Assembly: GCA_951406725.2 (NCBI GenBank)
Contig: OX597820.1
Location: 23,436,001 to 23,500,000, forward strand
DNA length: 64,000 nucleotides
Direction of reading: 5' to 3'
Origin: Octopus vulgaris
Taxonomy: Eukaryota
Part shown: positions 27,246 to 38,672 of the stretch, in pieces
How the letters are laid out: each line of letters starts with the position of its first letter
Numbering within the stretch: position 1 is the stretch's first letter
Made by a program: the position numbers and the translations under genes
Notes under the pieces: model-generated
Told to the model about the DNA's origin: nothing
Database searches by the model: none
What the model saw: the letters and a program-made list of their open reading frames with translations, nothing else

Positions 27246-27290
<45 letters not shown>
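27011..27290. repeat. ~130-bp tandem duplication within microsatellite
   Basis: gtacacccgcgcgcatacactgatatatgtatgtctgtaagtatatacaatttacacac occurs at ~27049 and ~27178. Confidence 0.85.
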
Positions 27291-27295
<5 letters not shown>

Positions 27296-28129
27296 CATAT
27301 TTACGTGTGTATGTGTATGTTTTCTTTCTCTCTTATTCAATGCTTTCTATTTCTCTTTTTCTTTTTCTACTTTTAATTTTATCGCATTTGATTTTTCCTT
27401 CGAGTCACGATTTTTTTTACCAAGAAATTTTTTTATTTTTATTTTGCCCACCCATATTTCTAAATGTTCGTCTTTTCCATGAATGAGACGCCAATGAATC
27501 ATCGATAAGTTTCTCAGAAGTTTTCGTGTCTACTCCCGGCAGTTAGGGGGAATATCGTGACACAAACAAGAAACCGCCCGCCGTGGATTTGAACTCACAA
27601 TTCATAAGATGATAATCTGTTTGGCCGTTTCAACGCCTTGAAAAGAGACCGATAGATTTTAAGGCATTAAGCGTGTAAAAGTCAAGATTTTCCCCCTCAA
27701 CACCTGGATAGGACGATTAAACTATCACAGGTAATTTTCAATTGACTGGAATAATTCCGAATGAAGTGCCCTGAACTGTGACATAACAAAACATTAACAT
27801 ACGATTTTATTGAAAATCCAAACTGTAAGAAACTTTTTTTTAAAAAACCCGGAAAACCAATACACGAGGTTTATAGTATTTATTTATTTATTGATAGGAA
27901 ACCATTGCTTACATAGGACATAAGATAAAAAGATTTAGCTCCAGCTCTGTGAGACTCTATATCCATACCTTAAGGTGGCATGAAAGTTGAACTTGCCGGC
28001 TATTTCGATCTTCAACCCAAACTATCAAAAAGGCTCTCAGTTGGCCTTATTTCACGACGAGATTAAAAATACACAAAATACACGGATGTGATGTGATTCC
28101 GTGTATTTTGTGTACCTCCTGCCACCTCC

Positions 28130-28325
28130 GGCATCAACACCACCGTCACACCTACATCACTACTACTGTCACCACCACCACCACCATGACCACCGTCACC
28201 TACACCACCACCACCACCAGCACGATCATCTAAAAACCACTGTCACCGACGCAATCGTCACGACTACCGTCACCAACTCCACCATCATCATCACCACCAC
28301 CACCACCATCATCATTGTCGTCGTC
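28130..28325. repeat. (CAC)/(CAT) trinucleotide low-complexity repeat
   Basis: Direct reading of the sequence. Confidence 0.8.
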
Positions 28326-28529
28326 GACTGATGTTTTTTTCCTATTTGTCTTTTTTGCTTAGTGTTGAGTGGATTGATTTCATTGAAATTGTCATCACCG
28401 TCATGATCATCATTGTCATTTATCATTTCTCGTTATCTTTCGCTGTGTGTACTTACACTTACACACAGACAGCCTTTCAAAAACATGTATTGCATAGATA
28501 TGTGTGTATGCACATGTTCGAAAGAGAAG

Positions 28530-28577
<48 letters not shown>

Positions 28578-28674
28578 CTGAATATGGGTATTGTGTCTCT
28601 AAGTTTGGCGATTATGTAACTTTACAGAGTTTTTCATGTCTGTACAATGTGTGTGCACGCTGGTATTTAGATGA

Positions 28675-29121
28675 GTTTGTCAGCGCGCATTTTTTTCTCT
28701 ATATTTGTTGAATACACATTGCGGTTAATATATAGATCCGCGCCCGGGTGGGAAAAATGGAAAAGAATATGTGTAACAGGTGTAAGGCATCGTATATTGA
28801 AAGAATATGACGAAAAAAAAAGCGCGCTGACAAAGGGGTGGGTGGGGAGGGGGCTCGGAAAATTCCCACGATCAACCATAGAGGATCCGAGTAGTAAACC
28901 TCAACACCCGGTCGCAGGAGCGCAACAGAAACCGTCTAAATACTTCTAATGCAATGTGTATTCAACAAATATCGAGAGAAAAATGCGCGCTGACAAACGG
29001 GGGTGTGGGGAGGGGGCTCGGAAAATTCCCACGATCAACCATAGAGGACCCGAGCAGTAAACCTCAACACCCGGTCGCAGGAGCGCAACAGAAACCGTCT
29101 AAATACTTCTAATGCAATGTG
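28675..29121. repeat. Unclassified element: 163-bp-period tandem repeat plus upstream inverted partial copy
   Basis: 28822-28958 matches 28985-29121; 28675-28722 is the reverse complement of 28951-28998. Confidence 0.8.
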
Positions 29122-30370
29122 GGTTAATATGCATACCTAATTTTGTGTATGTGTGTATCTATGTGTATACCAAGCATATTTTGGTATTGTTTATGTACAT
29201 CTTTGTACTTCAGCGTATATTCGAGTGACTGCATGTGTCTATAAACAAATTTTTATATTTTAGTTTAGTTTTCATGCAACTGAAATCATATATTTCCTAC
29301 GTTTCATTTCAGTTCAATTAGCATTTGTTTAACTTTTACTTACAAATTAATTTACACAAATAACGAAGTGGAGTAGAAAAAAACAGAAAACGAAAGAAAA
29401 TCAGTAAATAAATAAGAATCGGGGCTTGCACACTCAATTATAAATCGTACTAGGGGGAAACTCTTGTTCCCCTCCTTTTCTGTTATGAGCATAAAGCCTT
29501 TTTCTTTCCTTTTTCTTTTTTCTCTTTGAAGGAGAAGCTGTTGATGCCACCGATCTCAGTATTCGTCGAGTACTTTATTGGATCGACCTCAGCGTGATTT
29601 GATCTCAGCCGGAAAACATTCTGCAAGGCATTTTCCCGATGCTCTAACGAGTTTGTCAATCTACCACTTTTCATAGATATATTTTTGGCGGAATTTTAGA
29701 ATAGCTGTTCCTCGAAATTCCATACTCTCAATCAGAAGTGCATGGTGATCCATATAAAACTTTAGAGGGGTCCGCGCAACCAAACTATTAAATGAGGGAT
29801 CCACAGTAGTGTTTTAAGAGCCCATGAAGAAATTTTACTTTAGGTGTATTTAGGCACAGCTAGATCTCTTTCTAGGTTTCGTTTTCCAATGTTCAGCCAC
29901 TGAAATAAGTTATTTCAGTGAATGCTGTTGGTAACTTACACAGAATATGTGAAATACAAAATAGAAATTTTGAAAGAAGTATCAGTAAAACTAGTTTTTA
30001 AATATCCAGTGGCTATGGGGGTCCATTAGGGTAAAATAATAGGTAAAAGCTAGTTAAGAACCACTGCTTATGGGAAAGGAAAAGTGTTGTGCCCTCCCCT
30101 CCTGCTTCATATTTTTCTTCTTTTTCTTAGTTTTCTTGTAAAACAAGAAATTACGATTCTGAATTTAAACAAATTTTTCCAAAAATTTCAGTTTGTTTTT
30201 ACAATTCATGCTTCTTATTTCTGCAACCTTTTCCTTTTCTATAAGGTATAGGACTTTGAAGAGCTAATCCATAACATTTAAAAAAAATTTTTTCTTTGAT
30301 TATTCAATGGCTGGTAAATTTAATTTGTCGCCCAGTATAACCCTCCCCTGCCGTCTTTTGACTGCTTTAA

Positions 30371-30686
30371 CACATAAAGCTCGACGGGCCACGATCGTGG
30401 CCATCAAGCACAGGTCAACAGGCCATGACCGTGGCCCAGATAGATGCATTTCATTTATGGGCGTTTGTTGGGGTCTAATGTCACTCAAACGCTCCAATAC
30501 CCCAGAATGTAAGAGGACTATTGACTTTCCAGATGATGTAAAACTTGCCACCGTTATATATACTAAGAAGATATTTTAACTATTCTTTTGTTTTTTATGT
30601 GTGCATTTATGTTTTTTATGTCTCATTTTCATAAAATGTGCTCAGCAGTCCATGCTATGTGAGTGCAAATCCCAGCGCTTTATGGG
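30371..30686. mobile_element. piggyBac-type MITE
   Basis: TTAA at 30367-30370 and 30687-30690; TIRs cacataaagc / gctttatggg. Confidence 0.65.
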
Positions 30687-31104
30687 TTAACATTCCTTCC
30701 TTCTGCCAGTCTTGGAATCCCTAAAAAAAGAGTAATGGTCACTGTTCTTCCTCTTCTGACAAAGTCGAAAAAAAAAACATATCAAAATCGATTGTCAAAA
30801 AAAAAAAGGATGAGTTCTACTCGCGTGTATCAACGACAAATTATATATAAGTTGTCATAGTTTGGGGGCAATTTGAACTTTAAAAAATCGAGTTGAAAAA
30901 TAAAAGTTTACGAAAAATTACAGGAAAATTACAAAAGCAAGGCATACCTATACAAGTATGCACCCTCCCAGACTTTGTTTCCTCGTAACTTTCAGAAAAA
31001 ATGGGTATTTTTTTAAAGAAAATTTCAACCATTACTTTTCAGATGGTGTACATTATAATTATATCAAAATTTAATGTGTAAAAAGAAATTGATGAGCATA
31101 TATA

Positions 31105-31420
31105 CTGAATTGGCACTCCGTCGGTTACAACGACGAGTGTACCAGTTGATCTCATCAACGGAACAAGCCAGCTCGTGAATTCAACGTGCAAGTGGTTGAA
31201 CACTCCACAGACACGGATACTCTAAACGTAAGTTCTCAGGGAGATTCAGCGTGACGCAGAATGTGGCAAGGCTGCCCCTTTGAAATACAGGTGCTACTCA
31301 TTTTTGCCAGCTGAGTGAACTGAAGCGATGTGAAATAAAGTGTCTTGCTCAAGGACACAAGAATTGAACTCACAACTTTATGATCGTGAGCCGAATACCC
31401 TAACCGCTAAGCCTCGCGCC
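31105..31420 (-). mobile_element. tRNA-derived SINE (family with cagctgagtgaactgga...aaataaagtgtcttgctcaag)
   Basis: Shares its core with 36096-36434 and 54310-54530. Confidence 0.65.
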
Positions 31421-31789
31421 TTCACTACATACACCCATCACGTATATATCTACAAAACGAAACTCGAAATTTCGAAAAAGATTGTGATGTGGTCTTCTTC
31501 ATCTTCTTCTAATCAGGACTCACGCCATTAGCCATAAAGAATAATCTCTAATTCGAGCCTACTCTAAGCTACTAAGAATGCGTGTGACAACTTGAAGATC
31601 CACCCACCACACGCGATAGACTGACGGTTGCACGGGCGCGAAAGCTATGTTGTTATCCTCATTCCGTAAACGGTGGCTTTTAACGGGTGGAGAGCTGAAC
31701 CATCCTGGGGTACAGCGGATTCGCAATCTAGACTAGGGTCTGAAAGTTTACCACACCATAGTGGGTTACACTCTGCTTTGTGGTAGAAG

Positions 31790-31975
31790 TAGGAAGAAAA
31801 AGTGAGAGAAAGTTGTGGTGAAAGAGTACAGCGAGATTCACCCCACCCCCGCTGGAGCCTCGTTGAGCTTAGGTGTTTTGCTCAATAAACACTCAATAAA
31901 CCCGGTCTGGGAATCGAAACCGTGTTCTTACGACCGCGAGTCCGCTACCCTAACCACTGGGCCATTGCGCCTCCA
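31790..31975 (-). mobile_element. tRNA-derived SINE (ggaggcgcaatggcccagtggttagg family)
   Basis: A/B-box head; homologous to 38673, 43545, 52223 and 54665. Confidence 0.75.
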
Positions 31976-32186
31976 CTTTGATGTGGTTGGTATGTTTGTG
32001 TGCGTGCCCACCTATTTCTCTCTCTTGTTTTTTGTTTGTTTTTTTGCATAAAATTCAGGTTTAATTGTAATCTACAACAGTGTTTCTCAAACTATCTGAT
32101 GTGGCGTGCCGGCAGTTTTTTTTTCCAATGTGCCAGGGACCGGTAATATTTCTGAGTAATATTAATTTATACCGGAAACAATATAT

Positions 32187-32687
32187 ATAATAAATCTCTG
32201 AGCGAGGTATAAACAGTAACTGCTCTTTAATATAAGCGGGATCAGCCATCTGAATGTGTCTAGGGACAGGGCGGGGTGCCCCGCCCTGTCCCTAGACACA
32301 TTCAGATGGCTGATCCCGCTTATATTAAAGAGCAGTTACTGTTTATACCTCGCTCAGAGATTTATTATTGTTTTCGAACAGATTTCTACGCCAGTGCCTG
32401 TGGTTACTGTGAAAATCTATATATATCTGGCCTGTACAGGAAGTCCCTCAACGAAGAACGGTGCTTGCCATGCGCTGACGAGAGGCGATTACCTCGAAAC
32501 CGGTCCGTGTGTAGTATCCGTATCTTCGGGAAGGCTGATCTCCCTTTGCAGGCCAGCAAGGACACCGTGATGGTGTCGGCTCTTCTAGTGACATCTATAG
32601 TCGCCTGGGGCTAAATGCATCAGTAACAACCCCACCACCCCGCCCTGTCCCTAGCCACATTCAGATGGCTGATCCCGCTTATATTAA
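32187..32687 (+). mobile_element. Retrozyme/Penelope pseudo-LTR-like element: 5' inverted copy, 359-bp monomer and partial direct repeat, in short (TA)n
   Basis: Palindrome 32187-32368 (90-bp arms, 2-nt spacer); ccccgccctgtccctag...cccgcttatattaa at 32279 and 32638; internal hammerhead; no credible ORF. Confidence 0.8.
32469..32511 (+). ncRNA. Minimal type I hammerhead ribozyme
   Basis: catgcg CTGACGA gagg-cgatta-cctc GAAAC cg GTC cgtgtg. Canonical core, 4-bp stem II, palindromic stem III accggt, 6-bp stem I with 2 G-U pairs; predicted cleavage after 32505. Confidence 0.88.
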
Positions 32688-32867
32688 TATATATAATGAA
32701 TATGATAAAAGTTGACAATTTTTTTTATCTTATATTTATTTTGTAAACAAATAATACAATATTGCATAAGCATTTTATAATGTTTCTTTCTTTTCTGGAA
32801 ACTCGTCCCGTACTGGCAGCTGATGGCTCGCAGACCGGCACTGGTCCGCGGACCACCACTTTGGAAG

Positions 32868-33140
32868 GTATTTGTAGAAAATTTCCTTTAAAAAATATCT
32901 ATTTTTCTGAAAATTGCAAGGAGACAAAGCCGATATAAATTATCCAAAATTCCTCCTCTCCCGCAAAAAATGTTTCGCAAATTCCTAAATAATCGGAATC
33001 TACATCATCTGAAAAGTATTTGTAAGCACTTTCATTTGAAAAATATACATTTTTCTGAAAGTTATGAAGAAGCAAAGTTGAGATGGACACACTTGTGCAG
33101 GTATGCCAAAAGCAAAACGTTTCCCTGTCAAACATTTCAC
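32868..33140. repeat. Unclassified AT-rich dispersed repeat family
   Basis: gtatttgtagaaaatttc...tttttctgaaa motif occurs twice here and recurs at ~24430-24570, ~30975-31080 (reverse) and ~36855-37090. Confidence 0.55.
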
Positions 33141-34801
33141 ATATTAATTGGTTTTTGTCGTAGAACTCTTATTTGCAGATTGTTTTTATAGAATATCATT
33201 GCTTTCTTATTACAGTATATCTATGTCTATCTTCAAGTATTTCTCTCTCTGTTCCTTCTTTCTCTCCCTCATCCCCTCCCATCTTTCTCTTTCTCCCTTA
33301 TTTCCTTCTCCCTCCCCCTCTCTCTCTCTCTCCCTCTGCCTGTGTATGTGATTTGTCCTAGCCCCGGGACTCAGGAGACTTCCTCACAACATTAATACTT
33401 CGTATATGGCTTGTACAACTTCTTTAAACAGAAACTCGAAAGCATCTTGCAACGGGGACAGCCCACCTTTTTATCTATTTATTTATATATTTATTACTAA
33501 TGGAAGAGGGGAAAGAGTGCCTTTAGTAACTCCTTTCGAACTGATTAATACGCAAACTGCGGTTGACGTTCAATTTGAACGTCTGTAAGTTGGTATTTGT
33601 TGAATAAATGTGGGATGCAGAGGCAGTTACAGAAGATTTCAGTTTTAAAAATGGAATGAAAATTGAACAGAAACGTTTTGTGCGAGAGTGTGCGGGGGTG
33701 AATCAATGTGAAAAGAGAAAAGGCGGGTGCACAGAGTGGATCAGAGAAGAGATGGTATGTAGCCTCCTTGTTTAGAAGAATAAAAGCCGTTGCCGCAGTC
33801 AAGACAAACAAAGAGAAGAAACTGTAAGTCAGTGATTGGAGCATATCGGTAAGATTTTGCTCTCTAGGGATATTTGTGTGAGGAGCAGTATAGCAGCAGC
33901 TTCGTCTTAATACAGACGGAGTGCAGCTTTTAAGCTAGTTCCTGCGGAGGGCTAATTGGGCATGTGACCCAAAACTAAAGACAGCAATGATAATAAAACA
34001 TTTATTGGTACCTTACCAATATGGTATTACTTTAAATTTAGTTTAAATGAAAAACTTGTAAATTCACAAACTTTTGGAGTTCTTTGAAAGTTTGAAATTT
34101 CAACTGTTAGCATGTAACAAATCCTCATCCGGACCTGATCCCAATGCTGGATGTTCAAGAACCAAATGAAGAGCAGATTTTCGACCCCGGGATCATCTTG
34201 ATTCCAAGAAGGTATAATATTTCTGGAGACCACATGTAGACTTGAGATACAGGGGTCCCGGACGAACGGACAGATAGAATTTCGCGTTTATTATTATACA
34301 TTGCTCTTTAGATACGTAGAAAGAGTAAACTACTGTTTATACCGTTTTGTTTTCTAGCCCTGAAGAGAAAGACGACTTCAGGAGCATTTTTTAAATATCT
34401 ATGTTATATATATATATATATATATGGGAGGTTGCCATAAGAGATCATCAGATATTGTAGAGCTCCAATTAAATTTGTAACAACGAGAGAGTTATGTCTT
34501 GTTTTTTTCTTTTGCCTTTTATTTATATGCTGGGCGTGAAAGAGGGGACAGTGTTCATAGCTTTTGTAGGTTCTCCTAAACCAATGACATTGATGTGATG
34601 CCACTGTTGTTCCTCTTGAACTCCTGTAAGTTAACATCTGTGGGAAAGATAAAAACAAAAAGAGGATTTTTGTGGGCCAACGATCTGGGAAGAAAGGAGG
34701 GGAGGTCTGAACGTAAGTTATTTAGGGAAGGGCTGCTGTTGGTGGTTGTTGTTGTTGTTGTTGTTAAGCAACAAGACGGGTAAGGGTAATTAGGTGATGG
34801 T

Positions 34802-34966
34802 CTAGGGCTTAGGGGCGGGAGATCCTAGACCTTGAAGAAAAAATTTTGGTCGTCTTGTTGTAGTCGAGGGCTCTTCGTTGACGTCCGACACCACTGGGAG
34901 GTGGTCCTCGAAGTCGCTGGAAATGGAGATCTCCGGGTCCAAATTCTTGAACGGCTGCTGCTGCTG
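34802..34966 (-). CDS. Possible terminal coding exon of an unidentified minus-strand gene
   Basis: GC-richer unique sequence; upstream pyrimidine tract then (CAA)n(CAG)5 acceptor candidates; reads QQQQPFKNLDPEISISSDFEDHLPVVSDVNEEPSTTTRRPKFFLQGLGSPAPKP*; AATAAA on minus strand at 34523-34518. Confidence 0.35.
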   Translation of the reverse strand, partial: QQQQPFKNLDPEISISSDFEDHLPVVSDVNEEPSTTTRRPKFFLQGLGSPAPKP

Positions 34967-35785
34967 CTGTTGTTGTTGTTGTTGTTGGTGGTGGTGGTGT
35001 GGGGAAAACACACAATAAGAATGATGAAAGTAGTAGAAGATGAAAGGGCTGGAAATGTCTAAATAGAAGTTAGACTGAAAAAGAAGGTAAATGATATCTA
35101 TCATTACCGAAATATTGCCTGTAAATGATATATGGAACGTACCGATGCTGGTGTGTTTACGTCCCCGTAATTTAGCGATTCAGCAAAAGAAACCGATAGA
35201 ATAAGTACTAGGCTTACAAATAATAAGTCCTGGGGTCGATTTCTTCGACTAAAGGCGGTGCTCCAGCATGGCCGCAGTCAAATGACTGAATCAAGTAAAA
35301 GACTAAAAGAGTATATATTTGACCTAAACTGACATAAGAAGCCTACTCGTCGGACATCAAACGCATTCTTGGTATTATTCATTTCGAGGGTCTTAACCAG
35401 GCAGCATTTTTTTCTGTATCCCTTTCTACTGTACCAAACACTCACCCATTTCCCTTTATATCATTTACTTTGGTGATATTTTCGATGCATGAACAGGAAA
35501 TTATACTTCACTATCGTTCATTTTTTATTTATTATTATTATTATTTTTTAATGGGAAGCGCATGGCTTAGGGATTAGGTGTTGGACTCATGATCGTAAAA
35601 TTGTGGTTTCGATTCATGAACCGGGTGATGCGTTGTGTTCTTGATCAAAACACTTCATTTCTCCCTACTCCAGTTCATTCAGCTGGTAAAAAAAAATGAG
35701 TATTTTGTGAAATTGAACTTAGAACATAAAACTGGAAGAAGGCTGCTAAGCATTTTCCCCGTCGCTTGTCTCATTCATCAGCATT

Positions 35786-36545
35786 CTCTTTTACTTGTTT
35801 CAGTCATTTGACTGCGACCATGCTGGAGCACCGCCTTTAGTCGAGCAAATCGACCCCAGGACTTATTCTTTGGAAGCCTAGTACTTATTCTATCGGTCTC
35901 TTTTGCTGAACCGCCAAGTTACGGGGGCGTAAACACACCAGCATCGGTTGTCAAGCGATGTTGGAGGGACAAACACAGACACACAAACATATATATACAC
36001 ACACACACAAATATATATATACATATATACGACGGGCTTTTTTCAGTTTCCGTCTACCAAATCCACTCACAAGGCTTTGGTCGGCCCGAGGCTATGATGA
36101 TGACCCCCTTCGGTCAGACACTGACCATGGGTTTGCATCTAGAGAGTTACCCTCTGAGGCACAAGTCTGGGCAAGGTTGTTTTATGGAAGACCAGCAGTC
36201 GCCCATGCATACCGGCCTCCCCTCTCCACGCCACCAGTGTTATCCAAGGGAAAAGCAAAGGGGCCAATACAGCTTGGCACCAGTGACGTCGCAACTCATT
36301 TCTACAGCTGAGTGAACTGGAGCAACGTGAAATAAAGTGTCTTGCTCAAGAACACAACACGCAGCCCGGTCCGGGATTCGAGCTCACAACCTCACGATCG
36401 TAAGCTCAACGCTCTAACCACTGAGCCTACTATAGCCCGAGGCTATAGTAGAAGACATTCGCCCAAGATGCCACGCAGTGGGACTAAACCCGGAACCATG
36501 TGGTTGGTAATCAAGCTACTTAGCACACATCCACTCCTTCGCCTA
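35786..36545 (-). mobile_element. tRNA-derived SINE (gtgtcttctactatagcc family) interrupted by a nested SINE
   Basis: Reverse-complement homologue of 44190-44572; split at 36095/36435. Confidence 0.8.
36096..36434 (-). mobile_element. Nested tRNA-derived SINE with 12-bp TSD
   Basis: TSD gcccgaggctat at 36084-36095 and 36435-36446; A/B-box head at ~36370-36428. Confidence 0.8.
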
Positions 36546-37783
36546 TAAGGTTAGCATTGTAAATATTTTTTTCACAAAATAGACATTCTTCAAATTCAGA
36601 CTTCTAAAAAATTATAAATGGAGAAAAAAAAAAAAGAAAGAAATGTACAAATCCAGGACATGCCTTCACTCCACGCCACCCACCGTCGAATTTATTTCCT
36701 CGATTTTTAGTGGACTAGTACACAATTTTTTCCGAAATTTCAAGTTTCACTTTGTATATATAAGTGACTCGTGTCAGTATATATGTGTACGAGCACATCA
36801 AAATTTTTTTCCATATCAAATTTCGATATAATCGTAGTCTACTCACTTTGAAAGGTATTTGTTTAAAATTTCATTAAAAAATACCAAATTTTCTAAAAGT
36901 TATAGGGAAACAAAGCCAATTCGAGTGAATTTTCTGAAACCCCACCTGCTGATTTTTTTTTTTTTTTTTTTTCACATTTGATATAATTCTGATATAATCG
37001 GAATCTACACCATCTGGAGCGTATTTGTAGAAAATTTCATTGAAACTTATCCAATTTTCTGAAGTTATGAGGAAACAAAGTCGAGAATACACTTGTGTTG
37101 TATGTCAAAATCTAGAATCAACAACTGAGGTGGCCACGTTGGAGTATTTTTAATCACAGGGTTGACCTAGGTTAAACTACAGCAACTTTGATCACATCAA
37201 CTTAACAAAGTAGGTAAGATGTTTAATGCGCCCCAGGACTCGTAAGGTGGAGTTTAATATAGAAGGAAGGTTCAACAAAGTTAATATAGATCCTATTTGT
37301 CCCAGAGAGGTAAATTCGAACATTCGACAGGACATTTTGAAACATGCCATTAATTATTGGACAATTCAAGAATTATGTTGGCATCGGATTCATTTCAGTT
37401 CCATCGATGTATTTTATAAGGTAACATAAATTGTTTGTCATTTTGGTTTGTTGCTGAAAATAAAGTTTATTGGTTCCACAACATGTCCTTGTATTCACTC
37501 TGGCTTGCAAGCCGATATATCTATAGTAAGCACATGTTTCTGAAAACGACATCTTGTTCTTTCACTGATAAATGGAGTAGGCAGAAACAGTGTCTTTACG
37601 TTGTGCGCATATTTCAGCCTCATCCAGCATTGTAAACTTAGGAAATACACAAAATCTTTGCTCGGAAACACACTTCGTTTTGTTTGTTACTTCATCATTT
37701 TCGTTCATTTCCCCAACCATTGCAACATAACTCTGTGGGTTCTTTTTTTCTTCTTCCTCGCTAAATGCACAAAAATATAATCC

Positions 37784-37835
37784 GGCGTAACTTCGGTATA
37801 GGTACCGGAAGGACCGGATACATTTCAAGAAAGTG

Positions 37836-37873
<38 letters not shown>

Positions 37874-38119
37874 TTAGAAATAAAACCACTATTAGGCAAA
37901 TCAAACAATGAAAAACTTAAGCCAATACATAAAATTAATTAATTTATATTATTTTAAATATATATCAAAAGTATTAAAAGTTTAATAAAAGATATATATA
38001 TATATGGAGGGTTAGGGTTTGTGTTAGGATTAGGGGTGGGAGAAAAGGGTTTCTGTTATCTTCAGAAATGTAAACAAAGCCACTTCCGGTACTTGTGGTA
38101 CCTATACCGAAGTATCGCC
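37784..38119. mobile_element. MITE with ~23-bp TIRs and 9-bp TSD (Mutator- or Merlin-type)
   Basis: ggcgtaacttcggtataggtacc / ggtacctataccgaagtatcgcc; TSD atataatcc at 37775-37783 and 38120-38128. Confidence 0.8.
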
Positions 38120-38672
38120 ATATAATCCTCTTACTCATGCATTTGTACAGTCTCTGCATTCTCATGTTTCTGATTCAGGTTAAGTCGATTCGAATATTCA
38201 AATGTCAAACTCCAGGCGTCCATTTTGAGTTTTAAGTGTCAGTACATGTATCCCTATATTTGCGAGAGTGAGGTTCGGGGTTTGTGGGAAAATATTCTAT
38301 ATTCCGGCTGACTCTTCTTATCACATCTTAATTGACCCTATGCAGTAATGACCTCAATATAAGCACAATACACAACACAAATAGGAACAGATAAATTAAT
38401 TGCTGTCCCATTCCAACGACTTTCTATTAAAAAATCAACACAGAAAAGCAGTCATCCATGTCTACATAAATATTGCTAATGAGTGAAAATTTTATTATTT
38501 CAAGATGTGAAAAATACAGAAATCTCTCTGTACGCTTCAAAAGCATTTGTTACTTATATGGCTGAAATATATGAGGCTCTCATATGATAGCAACTAAGTC
38601 CTCAACGCGTTCTTAGTTTCTGCATAAGAAAGAAGAAAATTTTCAATTTCTCTCACATTATAATTAACTCCG

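Larger units (their letters stand above)
32078..32866. mobile_element. hAT/Charlie-like MITE hosting the hammerhead element
   Basis: 5' cagtgtttctcaaact; 3' gcagaccggcactggtccgcggaccaccactttg resembles Charlie-type MITE ends; the right TIR is incomplete. Confidence 0.45.

Noticed and set aside
28101-28426. His/Thr-rich and Val/Met-rich ORFs
   Set aside because: Artefacts of the trinucleotide repeat.
37200-38400. Complex sequence with minus-strand ORF ...SEEEEKKNPQSYVAMVGE...
   Set aside because: Interrupted by a MITE and stop codons; no motif or splice structure that I can support.
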